Of a DNA stretch of 64,000 bases, positions 27,620-41,439 are shown piece after piece. A program made the translations under genes and the position numbers. The notes below the pieces were generated by a model. The model did no database searches. It was not told the DNA's origin and saw nothing but the letters and a program-made list of their open reading frames with translations. Position 1 is the stretch's first letter; each line of letters opens with the position of its first letter. The DNA is from Eledone cirrhosa. Its lineage: Eukaryota. The stretch is from contig OZ024740.1 of assembly GCA_964016885.1 (NCBI GenBank), positions 338,706,001 through 338,770,000 on the forward strand, given 5' to 3'.

Positions 27620-27960
27620 GTAGCTGCTTTGTGCCTACAGAAAATTGATCTTTCTATTTTGCTGTTAAGCAGCATCTCGTCGTACCTTAAAATATGGAAT
27701 AGCTCCATATTGCAAAGTCCGCAGTGGGACATTCCATTGTTATAGGCCCTTGCTCCCGATAATTTTGACCAGCTAATCCTATATTCCTGGTTTGTGTTCT
27801 TAAGCTACCAGATTTTATTGGCCAGCGTTGTGGAGTTTACAGTTCTTCATAGAGTGTCTGTGAACATACCACCTTTTTTTTAACTCCCGTCCGTAGAACC
27901 TATGTAGTGACATGTTAAGTTGCCTGAATTTATAGTACACAGGTACACCATACTGACATT
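27620..27960 (-). pseudogene. Degenerate PLE GIY-YIG domain (absent from ORF track)
   Basis: Manual translation across frameshifts: YIGSTD..RWYVHRHSMKN..STTLANKIW*LKNTNQEYRISWSKLSGARAYNNGMSHCGLCNMELFHIL, homologous to 25106-25603. Confidence 0.8.
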
Positions 27961-28574
27961 TAGTCTTAAATTTATTTGAATATCCTTAATTTTAGAGATA
28001 ATATCTCTTCTTCAGAGGGAAGTAAAGGGTTTAATCCAGCGTTCTACCCTACCTAATCCTTTTTTCTTAAATAAATAAAATATCATCCAGCATTTCTCCC
28101 CCATTTGCCTTCATCATGGATCAACTAAGCACTCTTGCTATATTAACACATTTTGATCGGCTTATCTTCAAGAACTATGCCTGTAAATAACATTATTTTT
28201 TCTTTCACATTGCCTTATTATGCTCCACATTACGCTCCTTTTTTTCTTTTCACTTCATAAACCTTGTTTGTAAATAACATTATTCTTTCTGCACCATTTC
28301 TTTAACATGTCCAACACCACCATTCTACACCAATACATATTATTATCATTTGATAATGCATAAAAATGCTGAAACCGGTAATAAACAATTATTAAATATA
28401 TAAATAAATAAATAAATGCCATTGTTAATTAATAAATAAATTAACTAATACCTTAAAACTTCACACAAAGTAAAATATTTCGTTTTAATCATTTTCTAAC
28501 CCAGACAAAAAGAGAAAAAATAAAAAGGGAAAAAAATATATTTTTCTACCTAATAATCGTCTTTTTCTCCCTGT

Positions 28575-28736
<162 letters not shown>

Positions 28737-28840
28737 AGGGAGAAAGAGTCGGAGCTGTTAACATAAACACAAACACACAACGAATATAAACAAATATATC
28801 GATGGAAAATCAACTTTTATCTTTTTAAACCATATTTATT

Positions 28841-28952
28841 TCCTTACACATGTTTCAAGGGAGATGTACATCCAATTATTTGAAATGTTATGAAACAATC
28901 GCATAGTCCATTGATATATAAGCATAACTGTACATTCCCTTTCTTCAGAGGA
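28841..28952 (-). ncRNA. Type I hammerhead with long stem II
   Basis: Reverse complement: tcct CTGAAGA aaggga atgtaca..tgtacat c tccctt GAAA catgtg TA agga. Confidence 0.83.
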
Positions 28953-29330
28953 GCAATCGAAAGTTTAAAAAAAGTAAGAATGTGTGTGAAATACCAATTT
29001 TATCTGAGGTACGAATGATGAAGCTACGACATGATTCATTTGTACGGTGTATATATTAAACATTTAAGTTTTTGTATGTGGTCCTCGATCGTTATTTTTC
29101 TAACTTGAAAGAAATAATAAATGAATAAAAATATTTATTCAAAAACAAAACAAAACCTTATTTTAGTTCTAAATAGCAGAATGGCCCGGCGTTGCTCGGG
29201 ATTTGCTCTAGGGTTCTTATATATTTGATATATATTTGTCCTTATCGAACCTCGTAAAATAAATACGTTTGTTTATATTTTGTTATTGTGGATGCAAAAA
29301 TATCTGTACACGAATATATAATTATATATA

Positions 29331-29374
<44 letters not shown>

Positions 29375-30011
29375 TAAATGGAAAAGAAAATGCTGACAAA
29401 TTGTTCACAGTGAAAAATAGTTTAATTAGGAATAAGTGAGAATTAGTAATAGTATTGGTTAGTATTCAGTTTTGGTTTTAAGTTTTACCGGTTGCGCATT
29501 TCTAATGCTTTTCAAAAATAATTTTGAGATAGAGCGTCCGTGATGTTTGCTCTGATCTGATTGGTTTTGTTGTGAAAAAAGTGGCTCCAACGGTATTAAA
29601 ATAAGTTTCGCGCCAATTCGTGTTGCAAAAATTCTTGTGGTCAAAACAATTTTGATTGGTCGGTAGAGGTCATGTGAATGTTAAAAATTGATTTTGCGCC
29701 AAATGTAGGTTTGTGTCGGCTGATTGAGAAATCACTGAAAAATAAGTCTTTCAAAACAAATATGTGTGTGTGTGTGTGTAGTAGTAGTAAAGAGGTTCGT
29801 TGTTGTGATAATGGTCAGCAGGGATGTGTGTGCGAACCGCAGCCTGTTGACAGTTCAAATGCCTACAAGTGTGTGTGAGTGTGTGTGTGTGTGTGTGTGT
29901 GTAGCAGAGTAATTCGTGGTAGAGGGATGGTCAGTAGGAATGTGTCTGTAAGTGTGTGGGGGATATTTTAGCATGTTAAAAGATATTTTTCAGCTCTTGT
30001 CTTATACGGAG

Positions 30012-30051
<40 letters not shown>

Positions 30052-30564
30052 CTCTTTGTATGTTAATGTACGCGTGTGTATGTGTGTGTGTATATATGTG
30101 TGTGTGTGTGTGTGAGAATGTGTGTGTGGGGGGGGCAGTATTTATTTCTGGTAAAATGGTGTACATTATTCGATATTTTCAGTAAAAACGATTCTCTCAA
30201 TAGAACATCAAAAACCTTAATAATAAAAGGTGTGAAATGATATATAGTATTGGCATAATACCAAGGTGTGTGTGAGTGTCCAGATTGTACGTACTGCAAG
30301 GGGAATCTATTAGGCCCTGCCGTATTGGAATACTTGTGTACAAATATGTATGTGCCCATCAGTGTGCAATGCATGTGTGCGTTTATGTATGTGTGTGTGT
30401 CGGCACGTGTATATCTATAGACATCAAAAGGTATGCCAATTTGTGTATATTTGTGTTGCACCATGGAACATGTGTGTTTACGTATGTCATTGTGTTTAGG
30501 GAGAAGTGTTTAGACGGGGTCCGTATTTGTTACACCTCTATTCTTTTAAATATATATATATATA

Positions 30565-31160
30565 TTAAAATAACAGATTAAAATTTAAGCAAAGAATCGC
30601 TGCTTTCACCATTAACGGGATCTTCTGAAACTAAAAAAAAAATCAATCTGTGAACGCAGAAAATGAATCGCTGCTTTCACCCTTAACGGGATCTTCTACC
30701 TAAAAGCAGTATGAAGTACACTAAGACTAACTGATGAAATCGTTGGCCTTGTTTGTTTATATTTTGTTTTTGTGTATGCAAAAATATCTGTACACGAATA
30801 TCTATATTAAAATAACATATTAAAGTTTAAGCAAAGAATCGCTGCTTTCACCCTTAACGGGATCTTCTACCTAAAAGCAGTATAAAGTACACTAAGACTA
30901 ACTGATGTAATCGTTGGCCTTGTTTGTTTATATTTTGTTTTGTGTATGCAAAAATATCTGTCAGTGATGCATGTGATTATGTAATCGCCAGCCTTATTTG
31001 TTTATATTTTGTTGTTGTGTAAGCCCAAAATATCTATACACGAATATCTATGTTAAAATAATATATTAAGTTTAAGCAAAGAATCGCCGCTTTAACCCTT
31101 AACGGGATCTTCTGAAACTAAAATAAAAAAAATCAATCTGTGAACGCAGATGTAAATATT
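30565..31160 (-). repeat. Irregular tandem of short element carrying CAGAAGA-type hammerhead motif
   Basis: gaatcgctgctttcacccttaacgggatcttct occurs four times; the family also appears at 15598, 16238, 49415. Confidence 0.8.
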
Positions 31161-31389
31161 TCGAAAAACGTTGCAACCGAAGGAAAACAGGAAACGATAC
31201 TTTGGTTTGTGAAGATGTTCCTTGGCATAAGAATATATATACACACACACTATATATACATATATATACACACACATTGATCGCGTCATAATAACGTAAT
31301 GCAGCCAGTCAGACATACAGACAGATATTATAAGGGCACGACGTCATATCTATGTATCTATCTAAAAAGAGAAAGACTAAGAGAGAGAG

Positions 31390-31576
31390 AAAGAGATCGC
31401 TTAATCGCCTAATGCGGTCCCTAAGGCATTGAAAATTTATTTGCTCAGAACACCCAATAAGACCATAACTATTACATGTGTAAAGTTTGAAAACAATCGG
31501 TTGGGTGGTTCTCGAGTTTTAGTGATTGAACACAGAGAGAGACAAACCGACATTCTCTGTGTTAGTAATATAGATA
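31390..31576 (-). mobile_element. Helitron-like 5' end
   Basis: Reverse complement starts atctatattactaa; contains aaagtttgaaaacaatcggttg, a motif typical of non-autonomous Helitron-like families. Confidence 0.45.
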
Positions 31577-31580
31577 AAGA

Positions 31581-31679
<99 letters not shown>

Positions 31680-31749
31680 ATATATTTATCCTTATCGAGC
31701 TCTCTTTGGATTTGAGTCTTCAAATTTATTATTATTACTATATATATAT

Positions 31750-31935
31750 GGCCGTGGATTGGCAGTATCGGTAGAGGGTCGGACGCCATGCTTTCCAGCA
31801 TAGTTACGTCCCTTTACGATCTGAGTTCAAATCCCGCCGAGGTTGACTTTGCCTTTCATCCTTACGGGGTCGATAAAATAAAGTACCAGTAATGAACTGG
31901 TGATTGCTGGCCTTGTGCCTAAAGTAGAAACAATT
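31750..31935 (+). mobile_element. tRNA-derived SINE family A (near full length)
   Basis: tggcagtatcggtaga A-box, gagttcaaatccc B-box, conserved body, end ..tagaaacaa. Confidence 0.88.
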
Positions 31936-32104
31936 ATTACTATATATATATATATATATATATAGTAATAATAGTAATAATAATAAATTTGAAGACTAAA
32001 ATCCAAAGAGGGTTCGATAAGGATAAATATATATCAAATATATAAGAACCGTAGAGCAAATATTTATTAAAATAACAGATTACTTTAATCTGTTATTTTA
32101 ATAA

Positions 32105-32219
<115 letters not shown>

Positions 32220-32429
32220 CTTCTGGTTTTATAATTTCACAAAGTTTTACCAATAGAGAGAGAGTCGGTTTCTAACATAGACACAAGACTCTCTCATTGG
32301 AATTTACACCTCAACTAGGTAGATATGTATGTATGCATACATGTGTAGATATGGATGTTATTGTATGTGTGGATGTAGACGTTTTGAGTTGTATGTGTGC
32401 ATGTGTATATGATTTGTATCTGTACATGT

Positions 32430-32915
32430 GTATATGCAGTTATTAGATGCAACATTTTTGGAATGTTTTACATATTTTTACTCTTCCATTAATGGATTGT
32501 ACTTGTATATCCTAACTAGTTGTGTTCTTTCTGTTCCTGTGAAGCCTAGCTTCTCAAGATTTGTATTGAGGCAGTTACTAACATATCCCAGTGCCCCAAT
32601 AATCACAGGCATACATCTGAAGGTGTAATCAGGGTGGAGTATCTGCAGATTTCTCATCAGTTCTGCATAAATATTCTCCTTTTCGCTAATCTTTGATATT
32701 ATATTGGCATCTGCTGGGCAGCTAATTTCTACTACTGTGCATGTTTTCTTCTCCCTGTCCCATATCATAATATCTGGTCTGTTATGCCTGCATTTTATTG
32801 GGGTTTTTACTGGAACATTCCACCAGTACTCTTTCATATTATGTACATAGATGTCTTCCACATTGTTGTAGCTTTTAATGTGTTTATTATCGGGGCTATC
32901 TTTTTTACGAACTGC
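32430..32915 (-). mobile_element. Non-LTR retrotransposon fragment with restriction-like endonuclease (R2/R4/NeSL group)
   Basis: WWN..RHNRPDIMIWDREKKTCTVVEISCP..EKENIY..PVIIGALG. Confidence 0.85.
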
Positions 32916-32994
32916 ATTGTACAGTATGTATGTATGTATGTATGTATGTATGTATGTATGTATGTATATAAGTTAAAAAATAGAGCTAGAATCC

Positions 32995-33065
32995 ACCATC
33001 AGTGATCTTCTGGCCATCATAGGTATTTCTTCGCATTAAAGATCAGATACCTCAGGCCAGCGCGA
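32995..33065 (-). ncRNA. Inverted copy of rearranged hammerhead (A9G)
   Basis: Same fold; core reads CTGATGG. Confidence 0.62.
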
Positions 33066-33439
33066 GCAATAACTAAAATAAGTTATTGGGATAAAAAGAA
33101 TTGGGTGGAGAGTGGGAGGAAGTGAGAGAGGGTGAGTAGCAGAGAGTGGGAGGAAGTGAGAGAGGGTGAGAAGCCGAGAGTGGACTCACTCTCTGCTACT
33201 CCCCCCTCTCACTTCCTCCCGTCTGACCCGTGTGAAATTCTTTTCTCGCTTACATTTCGCTTGGCTTAGATGTGTCTGTCGTCTTCTCGTCAATGATTCG
33301 CTAGATCTTATGTTCACATGTATCACTGACTTGTTTCTCATTTTCCACACTTTACGTTGCCTCACCATTCTTGTTTGTTTATATGTCTCTCTTTCTCCAC
33401 CCAATTCTTTTTATCCCAATAACTTATTTTAGTTATTGC

Positions 33440-33510
33440 TCGCGCTGGCCTGAGGTATCTGATCTTTAATGTGAAGAAATACCTATGATGGCCAGAAGAT
33501 CACTGATGAT
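33440..33510 (+). ncRNA. Rearranged hammerhead ribozyme with kink-turn
   Basis: ctggcc tGA ggta TC tgatctt taatgtgaa GAAA tacc tat GAt ggccag aagatca CTGATGA t. Confidence 0.75.
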
Positions 33511-33687
33511 GGATAGTCCTAGCTTCTAGCTCTATTTTTTAATTCATATGTATCACAGTCGCAACAACGCAGCACGCCATTTTTCATTCATATATATATA
33601 TGTATATATATAATATATACATATATATGTCTTTATATATATATATATATATAATATACATATATATATGTCTTTATATATATATAT

Positions 33688-34129
33688 ACTAGACCTGAAA
33701 AATGCGCAAGCTCAAAAGAGCCACAGAATGTTATAATAAACCTTCAAAAGTGTGGGACTAGAGTTGTTGCTAAAAAATATTGTAATCATTATCTATCGTA
33801 CACTCTGTGGCATCCTTTTATAAAAAGGAGACTCATAACGAACGCAAGACGACAAGATAATTATTTAGGCTAATGTTCAATATCTCATATTAAATGTTTA
33901 GTAATGATTAATACGAAATGCACTTAAACCGAATTCTATATTATAAATTTACATAATTATCGTGTCGTCTTGAGTTCGTTATGAGTCTCTTTTTTATAAA
34001 AGGATACCACAGAATGTACGATAGATAATGATTACAATATTTTTGAGCAACAACTCTAGTCCCACACATTTGAAGGTTTATTATAACATTCTATGACTCT
34101 TTTGAGCTTGCGCATTTTTCTGGTCTAGT
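33688..34129. repeat. Fold-back palindrome (~180-bp well-matched arms)
   Basis: actagacc.gaaaaatgcgcaagc.. mirrored to ..gcttgcgcatttttctggtctagt. Confidence 0.9.
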
Positions 34130-34245
34130 TTAATATTTTTTTTAAGGTAACGCTTGTAATAACTCTAGTTAAACATGATATATATTAATAATAAATTATC
34201 GTTGTAATGTAATTAGATTATATAATTGTTATTTTATAAATGATC

Positions 34246-34350
34246 AAATCCCGCCGAGGTTAACTTTGCCTTTCATCCTTATGGGGTCGATAAAATGAAG
34301 TACCAGTAATGTACTGGATAATTGCTGGCCTTGTGCCAAAAGTAGAAACA
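34246..34350 (+). mobile_element. 5'-truncated SINE family A with 18-bp TSD
   Basis: gttattttataaatgatc at 34228-34245 and 34351-34368. Confidence 0.9.
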
Positions 34351-35056
34351 GTTATTTTATAAATGATCTTATAAACATTATTAAATAAATTTTATAAATA
34401 TTATAGAAATATTTTCAGACTTTTAATATAAACAACTACAAAAAACAATCAATATTAAATAAATATATTTTACATAATAATTGTTATAGTTGAATTAATA
34501 AAAATTAAATATTACATACAAATAGTCTAACAACAAAAACAAAAATAATGTAACATAATAATAATAAAATAATCTAACATAAAACGAACAATAATATGGA
34601 CAAATATACAAGTAAATATGATACAACCAATATTATAAGCATGTTATAACGAACTGAAAAAAAAATAGTTAATATAAATTTTAAAAATCATATATAAATT
34701 AACAATATAACTTACCAAAACGAGAAAAATATGTTCATGTTAAACCACGAAATACATGAGGAAGATTCGAAAGCGAAACGATAAATAAACGTGCAAACAA
34801 AATGGCGGATGCTTTTGAGCAACAACTACTCTCGTTGGTTGATTAGGCAATAAGACGACGAAATTAGCCAATAAGACGATACATTACAAAACATTTTGGC
34901 AGGGATCACCACGGCCAGCGAACCACCTTGAATTTTTTGTTCACAAGCAACGCATATATGTCAGACACGCAGACTTAAAACATCCTGTTATTAGTCACTG
35001 CGTGTCTAACAGATATATGTGTGTGTGTATGATATATAATATATACATATATATGT

Positions 35057-35100
<44 letters not shown>

Positions 35101-35103
<3 letters not shown>

Positions 35104-35841
35104 CCCTAGGACAGGAAAATGCTTCTCTGATGATCGTTGCTTTTCCATTAATATCCTGGTGATATTTAATGTTTTGCACCGTGAAACTGTACAGTTAGGG
35201 CCATTAGAATAGGTAAATATTTATATTATATTTTTTAATTTTGATTAATTTTAATTGTATATTAATTTTGATTTATTTTGAAAAATTGGTTGAATTTTAC
35301 TTGTTCTGCTTATCTTGATATTATGTTCTGGTATATCAAATTATTACCATAGAACCACCTTAAATCATAGACACACTATATATTTCCGGGGGTACATTGT
35401 ACCCTCAGATGTATATTAACCTTTTTCAATAATCTCCATATGTAGAGATACAAATTTGTCGTTATATTTAGTTACTAAAAATCTTTTTTTAGTGGCGAGC
35501 TATAGACGGCGAGTCTACGATTTCCCGCCTTCACTATACACCAATGTATTTACGGGTCACTTTCACGACCTTTTAGACCTGTATTAGTTGGAGTGAGGTC
35601 ATATATTTTGTCGTTCCTGGGGTTTTTAACCCTAGGACAGGAAAATGCTTCTCCGATGATCGTTGCTTTTCCATTAATATCCTGGTGATATTTAATGTTT
35701 TGCACCGTGAAACTGTACAGTTAGGGCCATTAGAATAGGTAAATATTTATATTATATTTTTTAATTTTGATTAATTTTAATTGTATATTAATTTTGATTT
35801 ATTTTGAAAAATTGGTTGAATTTTACTTGTTCTGCTTATCT

Positions 35842-35846
<5 letters not shown>
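35101..35846 (+). mobile_element. Partial tandem (1.4x) of 526-bp hammerhead-containing unit between (TA)n
   Basis: 35101-35320 repeats at 35627-35846; each carries CTGATGA (CCGATGA in copy 2)..GAAA ctgtacag TT. Confidence 0.85.
35123..35200 (+). ncRNA. Type I hammerhead ribozyme
   Basis: ttct CTGATGA tcgttgc..gcaccgt GAAA ctgtacag TT aggg. Confidence 0.68.
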
Positions 35847-35881
<35 letters not shown>

Positions 35882-35884
<3 letters not shown>

Positions 35885-36449
35885 AGAAGGTTATAGTTCA
35901 CTTGAAGCATTGTGTAATGAGGTATAAACGTTTGTATATGTATAATAAAGCCAAAACAATGCAGGTATGGACATAGAATAAAGAATGCAAATGCAAAAGA
36001 TATTGTTGACAATTAGTCTTTTACCTTAGATTTATTTGAAAGTCCTTAATTTTCGAGATAATATCTCTTCTTCAGAGGGAAGTAAGGCTCTCAAACCAGT
36101 GTTCTAAATAGCTTGCCAAGTCATGCTGACAGGAAATGGTATGGAGTATCTGTTCTATCTCTAATGACATTAGAGATAGAACAGATACTCTATACCATTT
36201 CCTGTCAGCATGACTTGGCAAGCTATTTAGAACACTGGTTTGAGAGCCTTACTTCCCTCTGAAGAAGAGATATTATCTCGAAAATTAAGGACTTTCAAAT
36301 AAATCTAAGGTAAAAGACTAATTGTCAACAATATCTTTTGCATTTGCATTCTTTATTCTATGTCCATACCTGCATTGTTTTGGCTTTATTATACATATAC
36401 AAACGTTTATACCTCATTACACAATGCTTCAAGTGAACTATAACCTCCT

Positions 36450-36452
<3 letters not shown>
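35882..36452. repeat. Near-perfect 571-bp palindrome between (TA)n tracts
   Basis: Centre aatgacatt at 36167; the arms differ at only a few sites. Confidence 0.95.
36254..36291 (+). ncRNA. Minimal hammerhead (mirror copy 36043-36080 on - strand)
   Basis: tccct CTGAAGA a gagata t tatctc GAAA at TA agga; degenerate relative at 27983-28020. Confidence 0.75.
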
Positions 36453-37948
<1,496 letters not shown>

Positions 37949-38278
37949 ACGTATATATTTTACATTATCTATATATGTATACATGTATATGTATATACAT
38001 ATATATATTTACATGTCTTTATATATATATATATATATATATACAGTATATACATACATATATAAAGATACGACAACGAACGAAAACAATTTTTTGAAGG
38101 GGAAACCTTAAATTATTTTTTGAAAATAAGAATACAAACGGCAGACGTTATCTTGTCTTCTTTTTGTTAATTCTCCTAAGTTAATTATTACTATCTGTAA
38201 CGTACCTGTTTTCTCTTCTCCACCCCCAGCCCCTAATAATCCCTATATATATGCATATCTATATCTATGAATATCGAT

Positions 38279-38425
<147 letters not shown>

Positions 38426-39621
38426 GGTAGATACATTTCTTTATTAGCCACAAGGGCACAAAAGAAGGGGACAAATACAAATGGGGAGTTTACATACAAG
38501 TATATGAAAATAAAACTATTAATAAAATAACAATTGATATCCCCAATAGGGGGGAGGCGTTACACAGGGGTTGTACACACCCCGAAAAAATGTACAACCC
38601 TCATCTCCAGGAGCACCAAGAGTGAGTACTCCCTTCCTCTCTTCCCTCAACCTACAGGCTTATATAGAGAGAAGGCCCAACCACTCGCGCCATCTTTGCC
38701 ACATTCACCCACCTTTTATAAAATTTGCAGGTAGATAGATAGATAACAATTGCTATATTATTATTTCTCCATACTACAGACTGTTACGACTTGTAAGGTT
38801 TTGTGTTAAATATCTAGTCATTGACACTACTGATCTTGTCGTTGATCCAATTTCACTGATTCTGTTGAAAATCAGTTGCTGGCGGTGTTTTATAAGCTTC
38901 GGGGAAGATCTTTCATGGCTGTTCTTTCTCTTATCCATTTCTTTTGTATCTTTCGTTTTCTAGCTACATTTAACTTTAATCCTGTCTGTTTAATATATGA
39001 AACTCTTATTGATCCAAAATTTCATGTTCAACTTTATATATTTACAGACAAGCAGAGAGAAAAAAACGGTGGTGAGGGGGGAAATAAATTTAGAAAATGA
39101 AGGGGGAACTGGGAAGTGGCAAACTATACACAAGAAACCGTTGCCACGGAGAACAGATTATGATTTGTCATATCAGCCATTCCTCTTTGTGGAGCTCCTC
39201 CATCGGGTGAAATACCAATCTGTCAATTTGGCGAAGAAAACTCAGGATTTCGGTATCCGACGACACTGCAAGTTTCGATGGCTGCTGCCATAAAGAATAG
39301 TGTTTCGTCACTTATAATAAGAATGAAATTATCTTCAGCTTGTCGCCCAGGTTTACAGCCGAAGCGATGATGCTCGTACTGGGGAACGTAGTATCAAAGA
39401 TGATTGATTACTGTAAAATAATTTTTACATTTTGGTGAGTTGTTGTTTTGTGTTAGTGTATATTTTTTTAATTTTAGACCTATGGCGTTAATCTTTTAAA
39501 CTTTAAACGGGTATTTTTTACCACTTTCAAATCAAATTCCTATTTATTTCCTCTTTTTCCTCATATGAACGTGTTTTGAGCGTTTGAAGACGTCGTTCAC
39601 TGTTTTTATATATTGGTTTTT

Positions 39622-39815
39622 ACTTTAGGTATAAGGCCGGCAATTTGAAGGAGAGGGGAAAGTCGATTAAATCGACCCCATTGCATTACCGGTACTTTAT
39701 TTTATGGACATCGTAAGGATGAGAGGCAAAGCCAGCCTCGGCAGGAATTGAACTTAGAATGTAAAGGGCCGTAACTTTATGCTGCGAAGCATGTCCGACG
39801 CTCTACCGATACTGC
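39622..39815 (-). mobile_element. SINE family A
   Basis: Homology to the other family A copies. Confidence 0.8.
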
Positions 39816-40047
39816 TATGAGTGTGTGTTGAGTCTCGGTCGTTTCCGACAAGTATTTCAGTTGTTTGATAAATGGAACAATCTGCTCGTGAAATTAGCGG
39901 GTAAGTGGCCGAGCATTCTACAAACGCATGCACAAGGTAGATCTCAGGAAGATTTATAATGACACAGTTAGTGACAAGGCTGACCTTTTGAGTTACAAAT
40001 ACAATTCATTTTTCTTGCTGCGTTGACTGGAGCAACATGAAATAATG

Positions 40048-40242
40048 ATTTCTTATTTAGGCACAAGGCCAGCAATATTGGGGAAAGTCGATTAAATCGA
40101 CCCAGTGCGTGACTGGTACTTTATTTTATCGACCCCGTAAGGATGAAAGGCAAAGTTAGCCTCGGCGGGATTTGAACTCAGATCATAAAGGGCTGTAACT
40201 CTATGTTGCAAAGCATGGCGTCCGATCGTCTACCGATACTGC
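40048..40242 (-). mobile_element. SINE family A nested in SINE family B
   Basis: TSD gaaataatg at 40039-40047 and 40243-40251. Confidence 0.85.
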
Positions 40243-41254
40243 GAAATAATGTACCTTGCTGAAGAATATAACGCGTCGTTAAAATCTGAAACCAAGACCT
40301 TGCGAGTGTGAGCAGTACACCCTAACCACTGCGCCTTCACATTGGCTGAAAATATATCTGACTAAATTATAAGTCTATTCATATTAAATTCTTGCTTAAA
40401 TGATGTATTTATGGTAAAAAAAAATCCTAAATACATGAACAACGACCGAAATAAAAACGTTGGCATTAATATGGAGTTATGACTGTCACCAGCTCGTTAC
40501 GAACAAATAGTCAGGCTTACAGCAAGATTTAAAGAGAATTTTACTACCTAAATCAACAAGCTTTAAGTGAAAAAACGATTGTGACAGATTGTGAATGGGA
40601 AATCTACTCCCTTGATGTTATGAGAGATTGGTCAAATCCCACCCCACCAAAATAAAAAAAGAAGAAAGAAACTGCTTAACACAAAATGAAGTTCCCAGTT
40701 AAATTGCTTTGCCGTATTTTGGTGCAATTAACATACACCAAATAGATACGAGTAACTGAAATTGATTGACATGTTAAGAACCATACAGACACAACACATC
40801 GTCATCTCTCACTCCCCCGCACACACACTCTCTCTCTCACACACACACACACACTCTCTCTCTCTCCCTCTCTCACACACTCTCTCTCTCTCAAAGGAAA
40901 AAAAAACTAAGCAAAACCATCGTCAGACTACAGGAAACATCCAGATTCGATCACTGGATACAAAGTGAAGAATGAATCTATGCATTACCAGCTATGACGA
41001 GAGACATTCACAGGTAAACTAATTGCTATTAAAGACAAGCTACAAGTGCTAATTAAGGATTGTTGTCAGGAAATTACATGAGCGTAGGACTGTGAAGCGT
41101 AAGTTTGCATTAAACCCACAAACTGTATATCGTAGTATGATAGGCTGTAATAATACCAAGGTTGTAAATACTCCTAACCGGGATGATCATTCTGGTTGGA
41201 GGAAGGAATCTGAAATGTAAATAAGCATAATAACGCTGCATTATAGTTAAACGG

Positions 41255-41439
41255 ACGGTGGATTGGCAGTATCGGTAGAGAGTCGGACGTTATGTTTTGA
41301 CGCATAGAGTTACGGCCCTTGCCATTCTGAGTTCGAATCCCACCGAGGTTAACTTTGCGTTTCATCCTTATGGGGTCGATAAAATAAAGTACCAGTAATG
41401 CATTGGGTAATTGCTGGCCTTGTGCCAAAATTAGAAACA
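41255..41439 (+). mobile_element. SINE family A with 15-bp TSD
   Basis: attatagttaaacgg at 41240-41254 and 41440-41454. Confidence 0.9.

Larger units (their letters stand above)
32973..33545. mobile_element. Short element (33185-33545 +) with partially deleted inverted copy (32973-33184)
   Basis: Mirror arms; turn at gagagtgg actcactctc (~33184). Confidence 0.82.

Noticed and set aside
33445-33495. SECIS element or HDV-like ribozyme reading of the covarying motif
   Set aside because: The bulge and GA geometry do not fit SECIS helix II, and there is no HDV P4/J4-2. The hammerhead core strands explain the motif better.
39200-39290. GAAA tacc..ggta TC resembling stem III of the rearranged hammerhead
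   Set aside because: No CUGANGA strand or stem I partner nearby.
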